DNA of 64,000 nucleotides. Source: a virus. Both the position numbers and the translations under genes were made by a program. The first letter of the stretch is position 1. Each line of letters opens with the position of its first letter. A model generated the notes under the pieces. That model searched no databases and was not told where the DNA came from. It saw only the letters and a list, made by a program, of their open reading frames with translations. Location of the stretch: the IMG/VR virus record IMGVR_UViG_3300017986_004441, positions 1 to 64,000 of that record. The stretch is one strand, 5' to 3'. Of the stretch, positions 12,701 through 19,261 are shown in pieces.

Positions 12701-13856
12701 TGGCAGAATAGAAAAGGCTGTGTGTGGAGCTTACGGCACAATGGTGTTATTAAAAGATAATCGTGGATTGGCAGTATTACAAACTACAGGAGATAATACC
12801 TCTGGACAATTAGGTATAGGATTAAATCCTTCAAGTTCTATCAACAATCACCAGTCTTTTGGCTTCCGCATTATTAATCACACCTATCCCATCAAAGACA
12901 TATTTGCATCTAATTGTACAGACCCATATTATTATGTTCCTCCTTGTAACGGTAGGAGCGGATCTGGTTGTGATGCGCCTGTTGTAAGAGCTAGATATAA
13001 TTGTGGGTTTATAGACACAAGAAATTATGTATACATCTGGGGAGACAATAGTTTCTATCAAAATGCGAGAAATGAGTCCCCAACCACTCCAATAGGTAGC
13101 GCTGTTACAAATGAAGGCAGTATCATATCTCCTTTATATGTGGCGTGGACTTATAGTGCATTTAGAGGAGATATTACTAAGGGGTCTACAATAGTAAGAA
13201 ATATTCCATCAGCGTATGCCAATCAGATTAAAGCTGGATTTTATCCCAATATATCAGCCTCTTCTGCTTCATTAACTGCTGCTTCGACCAAGTTTACTGA
13301 CTCTAACGGAGAACCAAGAACCAGTTTTCCGGTCAATACCAATAGTTCTACCAACTCCAATATCCAATCTGGCATGTGGATACAAACCGGCAATTTAGCG
13401 GGTTATGGTACGGGCATACAGAGGGGTCAGATTATATCTTTTGTTGGGAATACTATTACTGTATCTGGACATCACACTCTTGCCAATGGTACGGTTATAC
13501 ATGCTAAAGCTTTTGAGCAATACACAAGAATAATTTCTTCTAGCACAGACGCAAGCGGTAATATAGAAGCGGAATTAAACAATCCTGCTCAGTGGACAGC
13601 CACAAATACGGTACTGTATTATTTTTACCGTCTTAGAGCTAAAGAAGCGGCCGCTGGCAAAGATGGTATTGCCGTGATAGATACGCTTAATAGGCCTATC
13701 GTTTGGGGTTACGACAAGGCATATAGGGCCTGTAGCACCATAGATGTTCCGACTAGGATACCTTGGATACTAGACTGGCAAAATAATGACTATTATAGCC
13801 TATCTTATGGATTAGACCATTTGTGTTTTGTGAGAAAAATCCGACCTGGCACCTGA
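6780..13856 (+). CDS. Giant mosaic protein: S8 protease, 7 FG-GAP-like repeats, poly-Pro linkers, Gly-rich domain, RCC1-like repeats; putative tail fibre/appendage
   Basis: VIDTG, HGTHCAGTIG, GTSMACPHV. Seven W.Q.G.DI.GE...SVSLS.DG.TVAIGA repeats. ATGGTIT..YKIHTFTG...GGSGIVIIKY. ISAGADH...GSNTRGQLG and TGDNTSGQLG. Confidence 0.88.
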   Translation: MSYDYNVPQESSFEINNNISQAITGSESKYIIRLKPEFVNASTRVSDVQNIIGANYEVVRGLGLPGMYSIIQVSSNSPNNITNNPAIEYYETDRLVSLDPQNAQVNTLTNDDLWDELWGLNPLQSAFHINVERLWNQGHTGSRNVLVAVIDTGADSDHVDLVDNLRWDLSYDSTGKGTAEDGHNHGTHCAGTIGATGNNNIGVVGVNHQVGIIPLKGLSDGGSGTISTLVACMNRATFYKTQGHNVVVTSNSWGGGPPDASIQTAIEAAYRQNIVTVAAAGNDTDDCDSRNCSWNYAINGLIVVAAMDRNGQAAYFSSFGSRNVDIAAPGGAGWRAGNAGNIWSTITGNQYDSYPGTSMACPHVAGAVGLLASMFPSASAEDLINAILDSAAPTTDFGLSGRAPVSSRGRLDVFAASQRLGSPSPPPPPGPPPPPPPPPPPPPPPPPPPPPSPSLWTQLGDDIDGENSGDWSGTSVSLSSDGLTVAIGAPWNMGKGDDPWNIYTGHVRVYNYNGSSWVQKGSDIDNEFRYGESGYSVSLSGDGNTVAIGAPSATAPLADGIKKGLVRIYRWTGSSWNMVGDWIWGQETGGRSGWSVSLSDDGNTVAIGAPYSWSHDSPNSYTRVYNYNGGIWWEQLGQDIEETGYSGNSVSLSGDGLTVAIGAKFGDGKNGVDSGFVGVYNYNGTIWIKKGQNIDGEAERDHSGKSVSLSNDGNTVAIGAHTNDGINGTNSGHVRVYNWNGSSWTQKGSDIDGEAPRDQSGWSVSLSSDGNTVAIGSIWGGELPYAAYAGHVRVYNYNGSNWIQLGQDIEGEALYDYSGYSVSLSGDGNIVAIGAPYNDGINGSNSGHVRVYTSGNGTPPPPPPPGSPPPPPPPPGSPPPPPPPPGSPPPAPSYGTVSYIKTLATGNIGNNQTKEFNNINIGIPSDARRLVIFGYVDYFAPGYIKTEFKANVNGVDYNFTRYGNLAYDRYLSTDFNPYYGRYEIYVSDIISVGTTANISFINGSNGVYTYTNNFVLLNTYGYEHTVSIQNSDIASITTSVSDNDLLLLFARNPQYATTSPGINPASIVNNYTYKALSGGCAHAWHKHSGAATNLTFSTTGANFVRKMTNVKLTMLPPPPPPPPPPPPPPPPASHPGSMQQVYAHNYNGEIFAINVKDKNNPYVVKNTDGSFRGYKGESGGISKIYSWPQSATSNDDYFWGTNFHNGTYGFGILYNDADDIFQFGLKLLDVKLYYLKIVFNQAVTNFAHYVQQRSDIRLSYDINATENEAGSGSKFLTLNNVELCPVIDEDGYTREFILSTTTKIPNYFSPMGWYARCATDSSVNDIFATENECDNYIATIRNNGQCPDSGSNINATKISYNLNDTNPYYTSLPYAFVQQDRKDFYLKILPNGYGGTIANAKRPFYKLKEPLEYKEIDQFRYYHVAAGYNDPTKRGFASIPKTTGGGLGRPATVGACSARPEVGAMTNGRISSSILYDSAVKVVAGKYQTVAIDSDGDAYYTGNRNYGPLDAQGEFINATGGTITIDGQYKIHTFTGNGTFTINKLPSNSEFEILVVAGGGGGGTDTKAAGGGGGGGVIHKEKVIMPTTGNYTIRIGAGGSAGANGQDSSIIGNGLSHVAKGGGGAGRSGGSGGGGNQRGNGGSETPGQGYPGGSGKPGDSTIAAGGGGGAGGPGIWGDGNVAWDPSRNTGPAYHMKGGDGGLPYPCNISGTTKYYAGGGGGSPENYGSYHIRGLGGGGRDNHKAGNPAALTGPWATEFYRTQNPDYRWPASGDGGGAGISGKPGSANGANGLPNTGGGGGGANGRGGSGIVIIKYKTQQTLGDQHFFEKIPVFKKRPSLTPGGPDVYAPIRVNFVDAAIMTYDHKGANTYSNDTYSVFLLSDAGDLYVFGHNYGPFCISYEDAVPGAKIISRNNTYQFPLKHIQSISAGADHIIINRRGVIYGMGSNTRGQLGFANTVSYVPEFTELQLTGYSNGRIEKAVCGAYGTMVLLKDNRGLAVLQTTGDNTSGQLGIGLNPSSSINNHQSFGFRIINHTYPIKDIFASNCTDPYYYVPPCNGRSGSGCDAPVVRARYNCGFIDTRNYVYIWGDNSFYQNARNESPTTPIGSAVTNEGSIISPLYVAWTYSAFRGDITKGSTIVRNIPSAYANQIKAGFYPNISASSASLTAASTKFTDSNGEPRTSFPVNTNSSTNSNIQSGMWIQTGNLAGYGTGIQRGQIISFVGNTITVSGHHTLANGTVIHAKAFEQYTRIISSSTDASGNIEAELNNPAQWTATNTVLYYFYRLRAKEAAAGKDGIAVIDTLNRPIVWGYDKAYRACSTIDVPTRIPWILDWQNNDYYSLSYGLDHLCFVRKIRPGT
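8144..9338 (+). repeat. Seven FG-GAP/integrin-alpha-like repeats (seven-bladed propeller)
   Basis: Repeats are visible in protein and DNA (AGTGTAAG(T/C)CTTAGT...GA(T/C)GG...GTTGC(T/C)AT). Confidence 0.9.
9357..9448 (+). repeat. Three perfect 30-bp tandem repeats encoding PPPPPPGSPP
   Basis: CCACCTCCTCCACCCCCAGGATCTCCACCG occurs three times in tandem. Confidence 0.95.
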
Positions 13857-13863
13857 TGAAAAG

Positions 13864-13875
13864 GTGTATTTTATA
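13864..13875 (+). promoter_or_regulatory. GTGTAT motif, candidate late promoter
   Basis: GTGTATTTTATA begins 41 nt before ATG 13905. Confidence 0.55.
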
Positions 13876-13904
13876 CTACAGCAGGACCCTTTAAAGAAAA
13901 TAAT

Positions 13905-15803
13905 ATGCAATATTATAAATTCCCACAAATTGAAGATACGGATAAGTACCATCTAGAGGATACAAAATTATACTGTCTAGACTATTGCAAGGAGGGTTCT
14001 AATCTAGGCGTGTATCTTAGCGACACAAGAGCAGATAGCTCGATGGAACCTTCTGGTAGAATAGTTTATAAACACATTCAACCCAAATTAGTTTGTTCGC
14101 TTTTTGATCCTTCTTTATCTCAATCATCTAATCCTGTTAGTCTTATTGCTGAGTACCTATTTCCTTATTCGGGAAATAATTCTTTGTATGATTTTTTTAG
14201 ATCTAAAATAAAAATATTAACATATAAAAATGGAACACCAAATATTATTGCTATTACAGCGATAAAAAAATATGATGACTTAAATTCTCTCAATCCTGTG
14301 AACGAGTCTGTTGTAATGTTTTTACAACTAAATTTAAACTCTTTGAATCCAGGTGATCCGCTTAATTCTTTTGTAATTATAGATGCAACCCATAAAGAAA
14401 CAGAAGATGGAATAAATTATCTAACAGCAAATGATTTATCAGTTAATGAACAAGATAAAATATTATATGTATCATATGCAGAAAAAATTATATGCATAGA
14501 CTACTCGGATTTAGGGAATATCTCGAAGGTTTCTGAATATAAACCCGTACTCAATCCGAATAGACTAAACAATATAAAAAATTTAGAATACGACCCAGAG
14601 AATAAGATATTGGCTTGCCTAACAAATAACGCAAATGATTTGTATGATACTATCTTATTTACATATTTTTCTAATGTGACGAAGGAGTTAATATTCAGAT
14701 CGTCATATACTGAAAATACAAATATGCACTATAGTAATTTCAAAATCATAGATGATTACATATACGTCAATAATATTAATTATTATGATAGTCAAGGAGA
14801 ATCAACGCTTAGGTCTACTTTGGGCATACAGATATTATTTAATAATGGATCTAACTATCTTGACATACAAAAAAAGAATGTTCTCAGATTTGGAGAATAT
14901 TGGAATGACACTGTGATGCCCGCCAATTTAGCAGATCCTGGGTATATTGCGTATCGTGCCCATAGACATTATTCAATATTAGGAATATACGATAATAAAC
15001 TCTATAGCTTTGTAGCGCCTAGCCCTGCTATGGTGAATGTTGATGTAGATAGCATAGATTATGATTCCTATATTGTACAATATGATTTGTCAGATAGAGA
15101 AAATCCTATCATGAACGGATCAGATGCAATAGTCCCATCTGTCTATCTAGGCAAAAATAGGAGTCAAGATCGAGATTATATACCTATGAATCTATTGTCT
15201 ATATATAGCGACAATATTACGGGAGATTATACATTTGTAAAATACGGAGGAATATATCCCGATCAGCCAGAAAAAGCATTAGAAATAATTAAAACAAATC
15301 TAGTAGATAGCAGCAACTTTTCTCTGTATCAGCAGATAGATTCTTTATCAGATAGATTTTATGATATGGATTATCTGATGGTGCAGGATACAACAAATCT
15401 TTCTCTTAGTCATCAATTTTTAGCAATAGCTCAAGGAACAGATGGTTTTAGATTGATGACAAATGATACGGCCGCTAATCAATACAGACTATTAATACAA
15501 ATTAAGCCACAACATAACAGCCAAAATATTAAGATTACAACAATAAATATTGTGAATAAATATAATCATTCTACTTCTTTCTCTATAGTTTGTTCAGGAG
15601 AGGGTATTGTATTTGTTTATAACGTAGAAATAGCTTCGGGAAATGTATCCTTAATACAGACCATCGATCTGGCAACAGAATTGTCTTTAAGTGATTATGA
15701 TGAGCTAATTAATAAACATGCACATTGGGATGGATTATATAATCTTTCAATGGGTATTGAAGGGTCTATGTACATGCCACTAGAAGTAATAAGGACAAGG
15801 TAG
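13905..15803 (+). CDS. Hypothetical beta-propeller (LVIVD-like) protein
   Basis: 632 aa with blade-like segments LYVSYAEKIICIDYSD, IVQYDLSDRENP and LAIAQGTDGFRLM. Confidence 0.65.
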   Translation: MQYYKFPQIEDTDKYHLEDTKLYCLDYCKEGSNLGVYLSDTRADSSMEPSGRIVYKHIQPKLVCSLFDPSLSQSSNPVSLIAEYLFPYSGNNSLYDFFRSKIKILTYKNGTPNIIAITAIKKYDDLNSLNPVNESVVMFLQLNLNSLNPGDPLNSFVIIDATHKETEDGINYLTANDLSVNEQDKILYVSYAEKIICIDYSDLGNISKVSEYKPVLNPNRLNNIKNLEYDPENKILACLTNNANDLYDTILFTYFSNVTKELIFRSSYTENTNMHYSNFKIIDDYIYVNNINYYDSQGESTLRSTLGIQILFNNGSNYLDIQKKNVLRFGEYWNDTVMPANLADPGYIAYRAHRHYSILGIYDNKLYSFVAPSPAMVNVDVDSIDYDSYIVQYDLSDRENPIMNGSDAIVPSVYLGKNRSQDRDYIPMNLLSIYSDNITGDYTFVKYGGIYPDQPEKALEIIKTNLVDSSNFSLYQQIDSLSDRFYDMDYLMVQDTTNLSLSHQFLAIAQGTDGFRLMTNDTAANQYRLLIQIKPQHNSQNIKITTINIVNKYNHSTSFSIVCSGEGIVFVYNVEIASGNVSLIQTIDLATELSLSDYDELINKHAHWDGLYNLSMGIEGSMYMPLEVIRTR

Positions 15804-15805
15804 TA

Positions 15806-18800
15806 ATGAGTGATCTTTATCCACTACAATCTATGAGTAGTACACCAACCCCTACACCCACACCATCTATTACGATGACGCCGATCGTAACGAATACCCC
15901 GACTGCTACGGTTACTCCCACGCCAACTCTATCTAGAAGAACAAGAAATACGCATTTAATTTATGCCCATACCAAATATGATCAGTCATCAAATCAAATC
16001 AGTCTAGAACCACTGAATCATATATTGTTAACAGATAAAGATACTGGCAACCCAATTGCCGATGATATGACACTATTAGGACTATCTTCCAACGCCCGTT
16101 CTTGGACGTATGACTCTGGATTTACTCAGAATAGGGTCCTGTGTTTAATAGACAAAAAACCAAAAGATAATAATACTAGATATCTAAATGGCAATTTATA
16201 TGTGGTCGGTGATTATGCGGCCATTGTTGATGAGCCAATCCAGAGTGTGGAAGCCACGCTTCCTGGTAAAATTGTACCACTTGGAGATTTTGATAGATCT
16301 ACTAATCTAAATTTACCTCCAACCGGACAAGAATACAAATGTAATATATCTATCAAATCCATAGCGTCCAGAGCTAGAAAATACGAATTCAATAATAGAT
16401 TAGAGCATAACCGCACCTATGTACCAAGACTCAAATCTGGGGTAGCCATCTTAGATCGACTGGGTTCTTATTTTCCAGATTGGAGTCAAGATTTTAATAA
16501 TCCTACAGAGCTATCCATTTTAGCTGAAAATTATATATTTGGAGATTATTTATCTGCTGCCAGAAAATCTGCAGTTAGTACTGCATATCATCCTAGATCG
16601 GATATGTTAATCGTAGCTACCATAGACGATTTGGGTAGTGGAGAAATAATATTTTTTGACGCTAAAACAACACAGCTACATGAATTATATAAAATTAGTT
16701 TTCCTGTTGATGGCAGCGGATTATCTAGTGTAGATATTATTTTTGAGGTTTATATTAAAAGCCAATATTCTCATGAAGATAAACTTTTTGTTAATATGGC
16801 TGGCAATAATGGTACAAAAAACATAAAAATATACGACCTGTCAAATATTCTGGATGCTGTCACACCGATACCCTCACCCACCCCCACCCCTACACCATCA
16901 AATACCCCAAGCAGGACACCTGCACCAACCAGGACTCCAACATCCACGCCAGCAACTACTGCTACTCCAACAACAACGCCAATACCTCCTAGTATAACTC
17001 CCACCAAAACACCAACTGTTACGCCTAGTCCTTCTTTTGAAATAAGATATCGTTATACTAGAGATACTATAGCTTTAGAAAATCTCATCCCCTGTAGAAA
17101 ATATGAACTAACTTTGGAAATAGATCCTATTCAAGATGGATCAGCCAGTATACAAATTTTAGATTCTGACGACATTAATCGTACTCAATTTGATAATATA
17201 ATAACATTTGAAAGTCAAAACATACAGAAATATTATCGATTAAATGACAAAAATACACCAATAGCAAGTGATGAAAAAACATATCAAGAAATAGTATATA
17301 CAGTTTATCACCAGACAACCCTAGATAAGGCTGTTATATCTTTTATATTAAAAGATTTAGAAACTGGAGAAATTACTAAAGAAACAAGAATTGTTAAGTG
17401 TGGCAATAAAATAGAATGTGATAAGCCCAGAGTAGACTGTGTTGATCATAATATCAAATGCATAGAACAAAACCCAGATGGTTCTTTTTCTCTTTATGTC
17501 GCGCTAGATCCTGTCCCTAATAGCAATATAGAAGACTATTACTATTATGTAAGAGACAACAAGTGTTGCTTCGTGCAGGAGTCAATAAATGATGGAGAAT
17601 GGAAGGAGTCCAATGTCTTATCTTGTGTTAATTCTATACCTTTGCCGCCTACGCCGACGCCCTCTATTACCACCACGCATACGCCCACCAGCTCATCAAC
17701 ACCCGTACCTACTGTAACACCAACTCTTACACTAACCCTGACCCCATTTCCTACTATCACTCCGTCACCAACAAAAACTCCTACGCCCACGACAAGCCCA
17801 CCAGTACTGCCTCCAATTACTGATTGTGAGGGTGTTATTTGTGTTGCTTTTATTGATGAAAATGCCAACAGTCCTTCGCGAACCTCTTTTGGAGGCGAGT
17901 TTGGTTTATTCAGATCTGCATTTTCTAAGAGATTACTATTTGTTATGGATGTAAGCTGGACAGAAAATAATGGCAATGGCCAAATGTCATATCCTAGTAA
18001 TTTTCTATCTGATTCTAGAGCTTTTAGCTACTATGACAAGACAGGAAGATATATACCAAGAGGAGGTAGCTCATCTTCTGTAGATGCATATCAGCTCATG
18101 CTGGATATGGTCAATGATACTGGAGATCAGCAAATTATAGACGATTTTCTTAATGCTACAGAACTGAGTCTTTTTGTTGATGATTCTGGAAGCATGCGGG
18201 AATCCCAGATTATAGCCACCAAAAATTTGCTTATTGAAACAATACAATCCAAGGGAATGACTTTAAGAGAAAATGTTGTTAATGGAAGTGAAAATGTGAT
18301 ATGTCCATTTATTACTACTAGCTGCTGCGGCTGGCATCCAGATGCCGAAACTCTAGCTGCTGGATGTGGGGTAGCGGTATGCGATCCAAAACCTAGTAAT
18401 ACGCCCACTATGACACCGACTCCTACACAAACACCTGTGTTCTATAGACCTCCAAGGCCAGAATGTAATCCGGATCGCCTTCCATTTATACCCAGTGGAA
18501 TAACAAATGATGGCACTCCAGGACCAAGTAGGTTTGCGGTTTACAATGCGTCAGCCAACGGAACTGCAGTACTCAGATGGGATGGTTCTAATGCCATTTC
18601 GGAATATGTTGTAGAATATAGGCCTGACGGCGACGATTCATGGTATCTCGTTACAGCAGACTGTATATCTTATGACACAAGAACAAATAGGGCATTCATC
18701 AAAGGACTAGATAGTTCTACCAGTTACGATTTTGCTATCGCATACCTTAACTCTTCTACAGTCAGTGACTTTTCTATATATAAAAACTTTAATCCAAGCA

Positions 18801-19261
18801 CGTCTGCTGCAGAGCCGTGCATCAAAAAGCCTCATGATTTACTGCCAGGTGAAATAATTGTTTCCACAGAATTCGTCGGAGATCAATATTATTATATCTT
18901 TAATGGCAAATCTTCCAGAGAACATTACTACTTAGTACAAGAAGGAGATTACGTTTTTGTAAATAACAATCCTCATCCGATTGCATTTTTAAATCAAGGT
19001 AAGCCATTAGGATATATTGGTGATTATGTAGGTTTCAGACGGGCTGCTGATGGTAATATTTATAATTTCTATGATGGAAATGTAACTGTTAATATTTCTG
19101 GAGATTTTGGTATTGTTTCATTTGAGTGTTTTTATCATGGTTATATGGGTGGCGAACAAGGATTAAGGTTCTATTGTAGTGAAGAAAGACAGCCATTGCC
19201 ACCGGCATCTCCTCCACTCCTACTTGTTGATAATCTTAAAAGGCCTGATGATAATGAATAA
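15806..19261 (+). CDS. Modular Thr-Pro linker protein with vWA-like, FN3 and cupredoxin-like modules
   Basis: Four TP tracts; LFVDDSGSM (DxSxS); VLRWD..EYVVEYR..W..IKGL..TSYDFAIAY (FN3); HPIAFLN...CFYHGYMGG. Confidence 0.7.
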   Translation: MSDLYPLQSMSSTPTPTPTPSITMTPIVTNTPTATVTPTPTLSRRTRNTHLIYAHTKYDQSSNQISLEPLNHILLTDKDTGNPIADDMTLLGLSSNARSWTYDSGFTQNRVLCLIDKKPKDNNTRYLNGNLYVVGDYAAIVDEPIQSVEATLPGKIVPLGDFDRSTNLNLPPTGQEYKCNISIKSIASRARKYEFNNRLEHNRTYVPRLKSGVAILDRLGSYFPDWSQDFNNPTELSILAENYIFGDYLSAARKSAVSTAYHPRSDMLIVATIDDLGSGEIIFFDAKTTQLHELYKISFPVDGSGLSSVDIIFEVYIKSQYSHEDKLFVNMAGNNGTKNIKIYDLSNILDAVTPIPSPTPTPTPSNTPSRTPAPTRTPTSTPATTATPTTTPIPPSITPTKTPTVTPSPSFEIRYRYTRDTIALENLIPCRKYELTLEIDPIQDGSASIQILDSDDINRTQFDNIITFESQNIQKYYRLNDKNTPIASDEKTYQEIVYTVYHQTTLDKAVISFILKDLETGEITKETRIVKCGNKIECDKPRVDCVDHNIKCIEQNPDGSFSLYVALDPVPNSNIEDYYYYVRDNKCCFVQESINDGEWKESNVLSCVNSIPLPPTPTPSITTTHTPTSSSTPVPTVTPTLTLTLTPFPTITPSPTKTPTPTTSPPVLPPITDCEGVICVAFIDENANSPSRTSFGGEFGLFRSAFSKRLLFVMDVSWTENNGNGQMSYPSNFLSDSRAFSYYDKTGRYIPRGGSSSSVDAYQLMLDMVNDTGDQQIIDDFLNATELSLFVDDSGSMRESQIIATKNLLIETIQSKGMTLRENVVNGSENVICPFITTSCCGWHPDAETLAAGCGVAVCDPKPSNTPTMTPTPTQTPVFYRPPRPECNPDRLPFIPSGITNDGTPGPSRFAVYNASANGTAVLRWDGSNAISEYVVEYRPDGDDSWYLVTADCISYDTRTNRAFIKGLDSSTSYDFAIAYLNSSTVSDFSIYKNFNPSTSAAEPCIKKPHDLLPGEIIVSTEFVGDQYYYIFNGKSSREHYYLVQEGDYVFVNNNPHPIAFLNQGKPLGYIGDYVGFRRAADGNIYNFYDGNVTVNISGDFGIVSFECFYHGYMGGEQGLRFYCSEERQPLPPASPPLLLVDNLKRPDDNE

